A DNA stretch of 64,000 bases from Scyliorhinus canicula. Taxonomy: Eukaryota. Below are positions 13,488-25,030 of this stretch, one piece after another. A program made the position numbers and the translations under genes. Every line of letters starts with the position of its first letter. The stretch's first letter is position 1. Under the pieces are notes generated by a model that did not search any database, was not told the DNA's origin, and saw only the letters and a program-made list of their open reading frames with translations. The stretch spans positions 41,915,440 through 41,979,439 of the forward strand of contig NC_052160.1 of the NCBI RefSeq assembly GCF_902713615.1, written 5' to 3'.

Positions 13488-13536
13488 CTTGCCACTCCAT
13501 CTTCTGACTTGCCTGGTTTGTCACCAGCTGGAACAT
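13488..13536 (-). CDS. PLK1: PLK1 exon 6 (49-bp interdomain linker mini-exon)
   Basis: ccaatag|AT GTT CCA...GCA AG|gtaaat; DVPAGDKPGKSEDGVAR; phase 1 to 2 bridges the flanking exons exactly. Confidence 0.75.
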
Positions 13537-13669
13537 CTATTGGATTAACATTAGAAAGATCAATCATTCAGCAATGACACTGATTAGAGAATCTCAAATT
13601 GTTAGAGGAAGTCAATTATTAATGGACTGTCTAAATATGATTGGAATCGCAAAGGTACGGGTCTGGAGG

Positions 13670-15080
13670 CTTTACTGACGGGGCCCCTGCCGTTCTCGCC
13701 AGCTCGGTACTCCACAAGTCCTGTGGTGGTGGCAGCCCTAAGGGTGTGGGGGCAATGGACACAGCATATGAGACTGGAGGGTGCATCAGTGTGGTCACCG
13801 GTTAAGTATGGCAGCGGGCAGGGATTGAGAGGTTTGGGGATCTATTCATCCAGGAGGGCTTTCCGATCTTGGAGGCATTAGAGGAGGAGTTTGATTTGCC
13901 AGGTGGGAACGGGTTTTGGTATCTTCAAGTGCGGGACTTTGTACGGAGCCAGGTCCCAAGCTTTCCTCGCCTCCCCGAGGGACCTACAGGATAAAGTGCT
14001 GTCAAAAACAGGGGTTGGAGGTGGGAAGGTTTTGGGACATATACAGGGAACTGTTGAGTAGGAAGGGGCCCCTTTCAGAGAGGTGAAGAGGAGCTAGGAG
14101 GAGAGATAATAATAATAACTGCTTATTGTCACGAGTAGGCTTCAATTAAGTTACTGTGAAAAGCCCCTAGTTGTCACATTCCGGCACCTGTTCGGAGAGT
14201 CTAGAACGGGAATTCAACCCGTGCTGCTGGTCTTGTTCTGCATTACAAGCCAGCTTAGCCCACTGTGCTAAACCAGCCCCTAAATCAGCTGGAAACTGAA
14301 CTGTGGGAAAAAGCCTTTAAGGGCAAATGCATCCTCGTCCTGTGCTAGACTCAGCTTGATTCAGTTCAAGGTAGTCCACAGGGCCCACATGGCGGTAGCT
14401 CGGATGAGTAGGTTCTTCGCGGAAGTGGAGGACAGATGTGGGTGGTGTGGGGGTAGCCCGGTCAACCATGTTCATATGTTTTGGGCATGTCTGAAACGGA
14501 GGGAATTCTGGCAGGGATTTGCAGATGTTATGTCAGAAGTCCTGGAAGGTAGGGTAACTCAGAGTCCAGAATTGGCGATATTTGGGGTGTCGGAAGATCC
14601 GGGGGCAAGGGGGGGGGGGGGGGGGGGGGGGGGGAGGGGAGAGGAGGCAGATATCCTGGCCTTCTCCTCCCGGTGGACTGGAGACTGATCTTGCCGAGAT
14701 GGAGGGACTCGGAGCCCCCAAAATCAGGAGTGTGGGTCAGCGATATGGTAGAGTTTCTAGTCTGCAGAAAATCAGGTTCTCTCTAAGAGGATCAATACAG
14801 GAATTCGCCCGGAGTTGGCAGCCATTCATCGATTCTTTAACAAAAACTGAATGTCAGCAGGGGGGGGGGGGGGGGAAAGAGGAGGAAAATAGGAGGCATG
14901 GTAATGTTAAATAAGGACAGGGAATTTAGTATGCAGGTAATTGTGGATAGGGCAGGAGAGGTGGAGTACGTGGTTTATTGTTCGTTGGTATTTTAGGGAG
15001 TATTTTGTGCGTCGACCCACACAGTTGTTTTAGAAATGTCAATATGTAAATTGTGAAAATTACAAATGCTTCAATATTAT
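13670..15080 (+). mobile_element. L1-clade LINE 3' part (zf-RVT region), interrupted by a SINE at 14105-14282
   Basis: IQFKVVHRAH...SRFFAEVEDRCGWCGGSPVNHVHMFWAC cysteine knuckle. Confidence 0.75.
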
Positions 15081-15519
15081 TGAACCATAACGCTGTCAAG
15101 TAGTAGACGGATTCCTAGGACTGGAGGCACAAAACTTACATCTCCTCCCTTCAGTAATAACCCCAAAGGGTCCAATTAATTGCAAGAATTCAAATATAAT
15201 CCTTTCTTCAAATCCCATTCTTTAAGAGCACAATGTTATCATTGATGTGGTCAGTATATGGTTCTACAGCTTGGGCTGGGGGTCAATTCCTCTACTAACC
15301 ATCTGCCACTCCCCTCTGCATTCTCTGGTTATTGCCAAATGGTTGTGTTTGCACTACAATGTTTAGGGAGCACTTCCTGCACATGTGCAGATGCAAGTCT
15401 GTCAGAGACTAACTGTTGTAAGTGAAAGATGGTATAAGTGCTGCTTTGCTTTCAGTCATTGAATTATGCATTTTTTTGCAGTTTGATGAATTATTAGACA
15501 GTCTTCTCTAGTTACAATT

Positions 15520-16360
15520 TATATAATCATTATTGCCACAAGTAGGCTTACATTAACACTGCAATGAAGTTACTGTGGAAGCCCCTAGTCGCCACGTTCC
15601 GGCGCCTGTTCAGGTACAACAGGAGAATTCAGAATTTCCAAATTATCTAGCAACATGTCTTGTGGGAGGAAACTGTAGCACCTGGAGGAAATCCACGCAG
15701 GCACAGAACGTGCAGACTCACACAGACAGTGGACCCAAGCCAGGAATGGAACCAGAGATCCTGGCGCGTGGAAGCAACAGTGCTACCGGTTTTCAGTATT
15801 GGAGAAGTTTGGGATTGGGCCGGTTAGTGGCATGGCAGCTGAGGTTGTTGTAGAAGGACCCAAGGGCGAGTGTGCTTACGAATGAGAAACTCAGGGTACT
15901 TTCCTTCGTATTGGGGAATGAGGCGGGGTGCAACACTGCGTCACTTCCCCCCTTCTGTTTGTGTGGACAATAGAGCCTTGGCCACAGCGCAGAGGTGCTC
16001 AAATAAATGGAAGGATGCAAGGAGGGGGGTGGGAGAAATAAGGTGTCCCTGTAGGCAACTGCTGTATATTTCCATTTGGGTGCTTCGGTGGGGGATATAA
16101 CTGGGCTGCTCAAGAGATTTGGGCCTTTTTCAGGTACAAGCTAAACTTGGAGTAAAGTGAGTGTTTTGTAGTTTTTTCCTCTGGGGAGGTGTGTGTGTGT
16201 GTGCCAATTCACTTTAGGTATTGGGAGGGGCAGAGGACTGGGCTCGGCAAGCTGAATTTTACAAGTTAGTGAGCAGGGTAAAGGAGGATTTGCCTGAGGT
16301 TGGATAGTCCCCTCCTATCGTTGGCTTGCTGGGTACAGGCAGTCAAGATGAACATTTTGC
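15520..16360. mobile_element. V-SINE (-) fused to an L1 RT fragment (+)
   Basis: SINE 15520-15790 followed by AVLE.FG...SGYF...GTRQG-like L1 sequence; same junction at 37885-38510. Confidence 0.7.
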
Positions 16361-16477
16361 AGGGTGGCATGTGGGCAGTGGTTAGCACGGGGACTGTGGT
16401 GCTGCGGACCGGGTCAAATCACGGCCCTGGGTCACGGTCAGTGTGCAGTTTGCACATTCTCCCACCCCCATCCGCAG

Positions 16478-16862
16478 TGTGGTCTCAAAGCCATATTCAA
16501 CTGTAGGAAGACTTCTTTATTCTGTACTCCAATCCCTTGCAATAAAGGCCAGTGCGCCATTGCCTTCTTAATTGCTTACTGCATCTGCATGCTAACTTTG
16601 TGTTCCTTGCATGGGCACATCGTCTGTGAACAATATTTACAAGTTTCGCACCTTTTAAAAAATATTTTGCTTTTCTATTCTTACAACCAACAGAATAACC
16701 CAACTTGCACACAATATCTGCATCTTGTTGCCCACACTCAACCTATCAATACATCTTTGTAGCCTGCGTCAACCCACAGCTTACATACTGTCTAACTTTG
16801 TATTGTCAGCAAACTTGGATATATTACTTTGTCTCTTTGTCAAGTTATTAATATAGATGGTG
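16478..16862 (-). mobile_element. CR1 LINE fragment
   Basis: Reverse strand shows decayed SKFADNT and AIKKAMA.LAFI.RG.EY motifs. Confidence 0.7.
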
Positions 16863-17084
16863 TCACTCCGGAGTATTCAAACTAGTGTGGCAGGAGGGTG
16901 GGAACCAGAGCAGCAGGTGAAGTAACTAAGGGATAAGTAGAGAATAAGGCCAGTGAGACTCAGAGGAAGAGAAAGCAGGGAGAAGTTGCTGAACACAGCG
17001 GGTACTGGTGGTCTGAACTGCATTGGTTTCAACATTGAGAACTGAACGGTAAGGCAGATTTACCTTTTTTTTTTAAATATTAAA

Positions 17085-17460
17085 GCTTAGAGTACCCAAT
17101 TATGTTTTCCAATTAAAGGGCAGCAACGGTGGCACAGTGGTTAGCCTGCTGCCCTCACGGCGCCGAGGTCCCAGGTTCGATCCCAGTTCTGGGTCACTGG
17201 AGTTTACCATCTCCTTTGTGTTTGCGTGGGTTTTGCCCCCACAATCCAAAGATGTGCAGAGATGTGGGTTGACCACGCTGCTTTGCCCCTTAATTGAAAA
17301 AAAATGAATTGGGCCACTCAAACTTATTTTTTTTTAAATGTTTTCCAATCCATGTAACCTGCACATCGTTCAGTAGTGGGGGTGAAAACCCACGCAGACA
17401 TGGGGAGAATGTGTAAACTCCACAGTGTCCCGGGGCCAGGATCGAACCTGGGTCTTCATT
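17085..17460. mobile_element. Nested and inverted V-SINE copies
   Basis: + copy 17118-17335 sits within a - copy (tail at 17085-17120, body at 17340-17455). Confidence 0.75.
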
Positions 17461-17489
17461 GGCTACAGGCGAGGTCACAGAGGACTGGA

Positions 17490-18765
17490 GAAAAGCCAAT
17501 GTTGTTCCTTTGCTTAAGAAGGGATAATCCAGGAAACTATAGGCCGATGAGTCTTATGTCAAGTGTAGGAAAATTATTGGAAAAGATTTAGGGACAGGAT
17601 TTACTCAAATTAATAGCAACATGGTTTGTGAGGGGAGGGCATGTCTCACTAACTTGATAAGAATTTGAAGAAGTGACGAAGGTAATTGATGAGGGTGGGC
17701 AGTCGATGTTGCGACATGGACTTCAGTAAGCCTTTGACAAGGTCCTGATGGCGGACTGGTGCAAAGGGTGAAATCACACAGGATCAGGGTGAGCTGCCAA
17801 AATGGATATAGAACTGGCTCAATCGTGGAAGACAGGACAGCGATGGAAGGGTGCCTTTTCTGAATGGAAGGCTGCGACTAGCAGTATTCCACATGGATCA
17901 GTGTTGGAACCTTGTGTTCGAATATACATACATGATTTGTAGGAAAATATAGCTGGTCTGATTAGCAAGTTTGCGGACAACACTAGATTGGAGTTGCTGA
18001 CAGTGAAGAGGACTGTCAGAGGATACTGGTCAGTTGGAGACTTGGGCAGAGAAATGGCTGATGGAGTTTAATCCAGACAAATGGGAGATAATGCATTTGG
18101 AAGGTCTAATACAGTGGGAAATTATACAGTAAATGGCAGAAATCTTAGGAGTATTGTTAGGCAGAGAGATTTGTATGTACAGGTCCACAGATCACTGAAA
18201 GTGGCAACGCAGGTGGATATGGCAGTCTCCTCCATCGTTCAGGGCATCGATTAGCAAGTCATGCTGCAGCGTACAGAACATTAGTAGGCCCACATTTTGA
18301 ATATTGCATACAATTCTGGTCACTACACTTTCAGAAGGATGTGGATGCTTTAGCGGGTACAGAAGTAGTTTACCAAGATGTTGCCTGGTCTGGAAGGTAT
18401 TCGCTATGAGGAGGGGTTGGATAAATTCAGATTGTTTTCACTGGAACGACAGAGGTTGAGGGGCGACTCTATAGAGGTTTACAAATTATGAGTGGCGTGG
18501 CATGGACAGGGGGACAGTCGGACACTTTTTCCCAGGGTGGAAAAGTCAATCATGACTTTTTAAAACAACAGAGGGTGAGTGTGCTGGAATGTGCTGGAAG
18601 CAAACACGATGACTAGTGTTAAGAATCACCTTGACGAACCATGAAAGGACAGAAATAGAGGGATGTGGACTTCGGAAGTGCAGACAGGTTTTAGTTTAGA
18701 CAGGCTATGATCGACCAGGCTTGGAGGGCCGAAAGGCCTGTTCCTGTGTTGTGTTTTGTTCTTAT
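17490..18765 (+). mobile_element. CR1 (HER1-type) LINE ORF2 3' part, heavily frameshifted
   Basis: NPGNYRPMSLMSSVGKLLEKI, DFSKAFDKV, SKFADNT and the GGGCCGAAAGGCCTGTTCCTGT tail. Confidence 0.85.
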
Positions 18766-19162
18766 AATAGCAGAGGATCACAGCACTGATCTTTGCGGCA
18801 CTTGTCACAGCTATTCTGAAAAGAGAGAATTTTGCTAAAACGTAATCACTGCATTCACCATCCTGCAGCTGCCTTCATCTCAAAGACAGTCAAAAGTTAG
18901 AGGGTTTGCAGGAACGTAGAGTTGATGGCACAATTTTGATGTACTGTCACATGTACAGAAGTACAGTGAAAGTATTTTTCTGGGGCCACGGAACAGTACA
19001 CAGTAGACAAAATGATCTTATTGAATGGCAAAGCCGGCTTGGGGGGTCTGGGTGGCATATTCCGGCTCATTTCTTGCATCTTTTTTATAACCCGCAGATG
19101 TAGGCAAGTGAGTCCTGGTGGTTTTTTTGGTTGTTAGAACCCTTAAGTTTCTCTAATATCAG

Positions 19163-19880
19163 GTGGCACGGTGGCGCAGTGATTAGCATGCTGCCTCATG
19201 GTGCCAAAGGCCAGTGTTCATTCAGTGTAGAAATTGCCGTGTCGCGTGGGTCTCACGCCATAACCCAAACAGATGTACAGGGTAAGTGAATTGCCCCTAA
19301 TTGGAAACCTCTAATTTTTTTATTTTTTATTTATTTTTTTTAAAAGCTTCTTTAATATCTGCTGAGTTTAAGGTAGTTATTCAGCACCTGGTTATATTCA
19401 TTGCTGGCATATAATTTGTATTTACTGTAAAGTCAGATAAAATATTGTCTCTACCATTCCTCTGTTCCTGCCCCAAAAGGAAACTTTAAAAAAAATTTGA
19501 GTACCCAATTATTTTTTCCCCCCTCCAATTAAGGGCAATTAGCATGGCCAATCCACCTCGCCTGCACATCATTGTGGGCATGAGACCCACACACGGGGAG
19601 AATGTGCAAACCCCACATGGGCAATGACCCAGGGCCGAGATTGAACCCGGGTCCTCGGTGCCGTGAGGCAGTTCCAAACACTGCTCCACCGTGCCGCCCC
19701 AGTCTGACCAGTGAGTACTTCCCGTAATCGTACCAAGTGAATTCCGAATTGTTCCAGAAAGCGGTTACAAAATCATTCTACAATTAATTTCTCCAGGCAA
19801 CAACCCAGGGTAGGTGGATTGGCCATGCTAAAAATTGCCCCTTCATTGGAAAAAATGGAATTGAGTACTCTAAATTTTTT
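19163..19880. mobile_element. Cluster of three V-SINE copies (+ 19163-19320, - 19490-19700, + tail 19800-19880)
   Basis: Matches to the SINE head, V-domain and tail. Confidence 0.8.
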
Positions 19881-20014
19881 TTTTGTAATTTTTTTTTTAA
19901 AAAGTGGTCAGTTTAGAAATTGATCATCTGGCCTGCCGATTAAGAACTTCTTTAGTTCATGCAACACACTACGCACGAGCACGTCCTGGAAACCACTGTC
20001 CAATGTAATGGTAC

Positions 20015-20233
20015 CTTGCTGAGTTCAGTGAGGGGCCGCCTCATACTGGAATCAATCCCCCAGGAGCCAGAGAAAATCTGGGAGCCATAGTCAGGCACGT
20101 TGTGGGGCAACCGGACAGGCAGATAGCCAGATGTGAAGAACTCATCGTTCAGCAGCTCGTGGATGTGGGCGTTGCACTTGGATCTGATCGAAAGCATCTT
20201 CTGTATTAGGCTAGCAGCCACAGGGTTTACGTG
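20015..20233 (-). CDS. PLK1: PLK1 exon 5 (kinase C-lobe end, D-box); contains apparent indel errors
   Basis: HVNPVAASLIQKML...HELLNDEFFTSGYLPVRLP...RRPLTELSK; two internal stretches are read in a shifted frame. Confidence 0.9.
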
Positions 20234-20704
20234 CTGTTAAATATTAGAGTGGTTATTGGTTACAAAGGAATAAGAGGACAGTAAAGCTTATTACACAGAA
20301 TTTACACATCAGAAAAAAGGCCATTCAGGCCCACGCACACCAATGTCCTCAACAGTATTCTACTTCTATTCCATCCTCCCCACTTTAGCTTCCCTTAAAA
20401 CACACGCTACGCACCTCACCAATTCATGCAAAAAAGCAAGTTTTCCCCGAATTTCTTATTGGTTTATTCGTGACTCGGCAATTTATGGCACCATTTCAAA
20501 TTCCCTACAAGCGGAAACATCTAAACCAAACTCCTTCATAATCTTAAAGATCACTATCAGGTCACCTTCCAGCCTTCTCTTTTTCAGAAGAAAAACCCGC
20601 TTAGAATTTCCTGATTGTTACACCTTCTCTGTTCCAGTATAGTCCTCTTTAAACAAAAATAAAACTGGGTTGCCAGAAGTCAACAATTTTTTTTCCCCCT
20701 CCAA

Positions 20705-20905
20705 TAGTACCCAATTGTTTTTTTTTTCCAATTAAGGGGAAATTTAGCATGGCCACTCCACCTTCCCTGCACATCTTTAGGTTGTGGGGGTGAGACCCAC
20801 ACAGACACGGGGAGAATGTGCAAACTCCACACAGACAGTGACCCAGGATCGGGATTCGAACCCGGGTCCTCAGCGCCGCAGTCCCAGTGTTAACCACTGT
20901 GCCAC
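20705..20905 (-). mobile_element. HE1-like V-SINE
   Basis: Reverse complement of the SINE consensus. Confidence 0.88.
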
Positions 20906-21102
20906 TCCAGTCAGAAGTCAACATGACAACAAGTCAATAGTAAGTACATAAAACTAATCCTCAGCAAGATGGTCTAAAGACAGATTTGCAACCACTGATG
21001 GGTTTCATACAACCTATGAATTTAACACAAGAGCTATCATCTATGTCCCCGATATTCTTGAAGTAATTTGCCCAGAATACAAGCTCCATGCTAAACACTC
21101 AC

Positions 21103-21193
21103 CTTGGGAATATTATATTCATTTTTTTAATCCTCAGGTATGTCTTTCAAACACGAAGTTTCAAATGGAGGTTTCCCCACCAGTAGTGTATAC
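21103..21193 (-). CDS. PLK1: PLK1 exon 4 (kinase); contains apparent indel errors
   Basis: YTLLVGKPPFETSCLK..TYLRIKK..EYNIPK|gtgagt; 91 bp as assembled versus 94 bp needed. Confidence 0.9.
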
Positions 21194-21283
21194 CTGTAAA
21201 GGGGTGGTGGTTAAAACCAGTGTCAGCAGGATACAAAAAAACCCAACTGAAATTCCCTCATTCGTGAAGAATGGAATACTCAC

Positions 21284-21428
21284 ATAATACAGCCTAGAGA
21301 CCATACATCAACCTCAAAACTGTGTCCTTTCTTGCCAATCACTTCTGGGGCAATGTAGTTGGGTGTTCCACATAAAGTCTTCTTGCGTTCTCCTTCAAAC
21401 TGTACTGTTGTGGCCAGGCCAAAGTCAC
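21284..21428 (-). CDS. PLK1: PLK1 exon 3 (DFG motif, activation loop)
   Basis: [49 protein letters not shown]; 145 bp; T-loop Thr present. Confidence 0.97.
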
Positions 21429-21635
21429 CTTCAAAACAATCCACGTTACAGGTCAGTGATTATCCTAAATCATAGATACATAGGTTACAGCACAAAAGGC
21501 AGCTATTTGACCGGTGTCATTTACCCCAGCTTGCTACAGAGCAACACTAGGCCATGCCCCTATATTTTCTCCCTTGTAAACCAGCAAATGTTTTATTTAC
21601 AGATAACCATCAATTATTTTTTAAATGCATGATTG

Positions 21636-21776
21636 AATCTGCCTCCACCAAGACAATGTGTCCCAGATTGATCCCCCAGAATCTGCCTCTACTACATCAA
21701 GGCAATGTGTCCCAGATTGATCCCCCAGAATCTGCCTCCACTACATCAAGGCAATGTGTCCCAGATTGATCCCCCA
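21636..21776. repeat. Tandem repeat, about 49-bp unit x3
   Basis: GAATCTGCCTCYAC(TACAT)CAAGRCAATGTGTCCCAGATTGATCCCCCA repeated. Confidence 0.9.
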
Positions 21777-22194
21777 GGCCTCAGAACTGTAACATTCATT
21801 TTACATCGTCTTTCCTCAATCTTCCGTCTTTCCTCAATCTTCCTATCAAAATAGATCAACTTTCATGCATTAAAATGTAATTTGGGCGTGCCCACTCATT
21901 CCAACAGCCTATCTATGCCCTTTTGACCTCACATGCAGTAGAGAATACCAACCCAATAAAGAGGACAATGCTGCTAGGTTAGTGGGTGGGTCACCAGTCT
22001 CCTCAAGCTAGTTGAGGGTGGGAGGGCTATGGTGGCACCATGGTAGGCTGGACTGGTTCAGTGACCCAGCTCATACTTCCCTCTCCTTTTGTTTTATCTT
22101 AGTTCATTTCCCAGTGGGAATCCTTCCATCCAAGGGGGATTTGAAAAGTAGAGGGAGATTGGGCAGCTCAAGAACAGGGGGGGGGGGGGGGGGA

Positions 22195-22402
22195 AAGAGT
22201 TATCCCTGGTGTCCTGGCCAATATTTATTCCTCAATCAATATCACACACACATCTGGTCATCACCACATGACTGTTTGAGACAGCTTGCTGTGCGTATTT
22301 TGACTGCTGCATTTCATAGATTACAAGAGACTAAACTTCAAAAAAGGTACTGAATTGGCTGTAAAGTGCTTTCAAAGAAAGCATTATGAAATGCAAGTTT
22401 CT
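22195..22402 (+). mobile_element. DeuSINE (SacSINE1/AmnSINE1-like) 3' half
   Basis: GGTGTCCTGGCCAATATTTAT...GCTTGCTGTGCG...ATTGGCTGTAAAGTGCTTT; other decayed copies near 26090, 32150, 41870, 53345 and 55280. Confidence 0.65.
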
Positions 22403-23070
22403 TTTCCCCAGCAAGGGCCAATGGCATATACACAAAGCTCAGACTAGCCATTATGCTGGAAGGCTTTTCAGAAGCACCCCCACTTACAGAACTTGTGACA
22501 TGGTACTGCATGAAGGCAGGCATGTCAGTATCACAAAATCCAACTCACATACGACATACAGATAGGCACTGTCGATTGTAAATTTGCACTCACATCGGGC
22601 ATTTCCTTAATTTCCCCATCTCTTTTAAATCACACTTGTAATTTCCTATCACCACCCATGTCCTTTACATGGATTCCGATTAGCAGTGTTCAGGCCAGCT
22701 ATTCCAACTTTACAGGAATGGAGGAAAATTAGCCCTGCACTCACTACTAAGCTTCCCTAGTCATTCTGATGGAAATATACACACATAAATGAGGGCAGTA
22801 TGGTGGCCCAGTTGTTAGCACAGCTGCCTCATGGCACTGAGGTCCCAGGTTCGATCCGGGCTCTGGGTCACTGTCGGTGTGGAGTTTGCACATTCTCCCC
22901 TTATCTGCGTGGATTTCGCCATATATATCCACACACATAAATGAAGAGATTCTATGAGCAAGCGAGTTTCAAATCAGTGCATGGTTTTCAGGAGAAAAGC
23001 AATACTTAAAGTGACTCAGTTGGCTACAGGAGTGGCCATCCAGCATTGACACCCGGACAGGACACTTTAC

Positions 23071-23239
23071 CTATCTTCACTTCCATTTCATCATTGAGGA
23101 AGAGGTTGCCAAGCTTCAAATCCCGGTGGATAACGTTGTTCTCGTGAAGATATTGGCCGCCCGAGATGATTTGCTTGAGGTAATAGCGAGCCTCCGGCTC
23201 CGTCACAGCCTTTCGCCTCTTGTGCAATTCTAACAAAGA
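23071..23239 (-). CDS. PLK1: PLK1 exon 2 (HRD catalytic loop)
   Basis: [57 protein letters not shown]; 169 bp. Confidence 0.97.
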
Positions 23240-23609
23240 CTGGAGGAGACATTTTTTATGGCTATCGCAAAGAGATAGTTCTATTAAATAGACAAGATGA
23301 GAACTACTCGCCGCACCCCATCTCTAACAGGCGGGCATAGTCCCAGCTCTGGTGCGGGGGGCGGGTGCAGAGAGATCGGATCCTGTGAAGTTAGAGTAAT
23401 GGGTAATAACTTTATATTGAGCCATTTGCTGAATGAATGAGAGGGGGGGGGGGGGGGGGTAACTGACGCCGGCTTCCCAGCGTTTCAATTCTTGGCCTAG
23501 TGGCTCCGCCTTCGGGAGACCATCAGCCAACCCGCTCCGAGCTGCCCGATTTTTAAATATCAACTCCCTTTAAAGAGACGGAGTCACCGAAACAACAGGC
23601 CCGAGTCTC

Positions 23610-24140
23610 TCCCCCCCCCCCCCCCCCCCCCGGCCGGGGGCAGGGGGCAAACAGGCCCAACACCCCCCCCCCCCCCGGGCAGGGGGCAAACAAGCCCAAC
23701 ACCCCCACCCCCGGGGGCAAACAGGCCCAACACACCCCCCACCCCCGGGGGCAAACAGGCCCAACCACCCCCCCCCCCCCCCGGGGCAAACAGGCCCAAC
23801 ACCACCCCCCCCCCCCCGGGGGGCAAACAGGCCCAACACCCCCCCCCCCGGGGCAAACAGCCCAACACCCCCCCCCCCCCCGAGGCAAACAGGCCCAACC
23901 CCCCCCCCCCCCCCGGGGCAAACAAGCCCAACACCCCCCCCCCCCGGGGGGCAAACAAGCCCAACACCCCCCCCCCCCGGGGGCAAACAAGCCCAACACC
24001 CCCCCCCCCCGGGGGGCAAACAGGCCCAACACCACCCCCCCCCCGGGGCAAACAGGCCCAACACCCCCCCCACGGGCAAACAGGCCCAACACCCCCCCCC
24101 CCCCCGCCGGGCAGGGGGCAAACAGGCCCCCCCGGGGGCA
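23610..24140. repeat. C/G-run minisatellite in PLK1 intron 1, 15 units
   Basis: Unit GGGGCAAACAGGCCCAACA(C)n of about 30-40 bp; GCAAAC counted 15 times. Confidence 0.95.
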
Positions 24141-24382
24141 GGAGTACCCAGTGAAGGCCCGAGTGCGGGAAACTGCCCCGGGACGCGGGCCGGCCCCCCG
24201 CCCGGAGGAGCCGCCCGGATGGGTGCCGTTGCCCGCGAGCCCCTCCCCAGCGCTTCCCAAATGGTTACAGTTGGTTCCGCGGGGCCTATCGTCCCGCAGC
24301 CTCCCCGCTTCAAACGGTCAATGGGCCGGGGATTAAATACAAACCAGCTCGGGATAGGCAGCTCCCAACCCCGAACACTCAC

Positions 24383-24739
24383 CCTCCGCCTGCACAGCTC
24401 CAGCACCACGTAGACAAAGTCATCGTCCTCGAAGAAGCCGTGGAAACCCACCACGTTACTGTGATTGAGGCTCTTGTGGATGGAGATCTCCATGGACATC
24501 TTCTCCCTCTGGTGCGGCTTCATCAGCAGCGTCTTGGACACGATCTTCCCGGCGAACACCTCCTTGGTGTCCACGTCGGAGATCTCGTAGCACTTGGCGA
24601 ACCCGCCTTTGCCCAGGAAGCGGCCCCTCATGTACTTCTTCATGGTCTTGGGGTTCACCAGGATATCGGGGATCTCCTTGGCCACCGGGGCGGCCACTGT
24701 TGCCAGCTTGGCTGACGGTTTACCGGACGCCGTGGTCAT
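24383..24739 (-). CDS. PLK1: PLK1 exon 1 (N-terminus, Gly-rich loop, catalytic Lys)
   Basis: MTTASGK...[11 protein letters not shown]...FAGKIV...VVLELCRRR|gtgagt; 119 codons. Confidence 0.97.
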
Positions 24740-24849
24740 TTTTTTTTTAAACCGGCTCAGTGCAGTGGCGGGGGGAGAGAAACAAAGTCACTAGCTGAGT
24801 GAGGAAGAGGGGGGCAGAGTGGCCGGCGCGTCCGTCCCAGGGCACCAGC

Positions 24850-25030
24850 TCGCGGGCTCTGATTCAAATCCGGAGCGTCGGCAGTTAGCGAGCCCAGCGC
24901 AGCGCCCTATTGGCTAATCTCATTTAAATAGAACCCGGCGCCCAGCTGAATGCCGGGAGAGAACGGTTTAAATGCACCCGGACGGCGACCTAGCAACTCG
25001 GCTGATTGACAACTCTCTCCACCAATCAGA
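24850..25030 (-). promoter_or_regulatory. PLK1 G2/M-type promoter: CHR plus CCAAT boxes in CpG-rich DNA
   Basis: TTTGAA on - at 24863-24868 next to a GC-rich CDE-like stretch; CCAAT boxes at 24909-24913 and 25022-25026; TTTAAA at 24923-24928. Confidence 0.7.

Noticed and set aside
23553-24382. Long Gly/Pro/Cys-rich ORFs, including the 389-aa extension of PLK1 exon 1
   Set aside because: Stop-free translation of the intron 1 minisatellite; a canonical donor at 24382 ends the exon.
9583-24739. PLK1 as a pseudogene
   Set aside because: Lesions are confined to two neighbouring exons, mostly in homopolymer contexts; promoter, splice sites and catalytic residues are intact.
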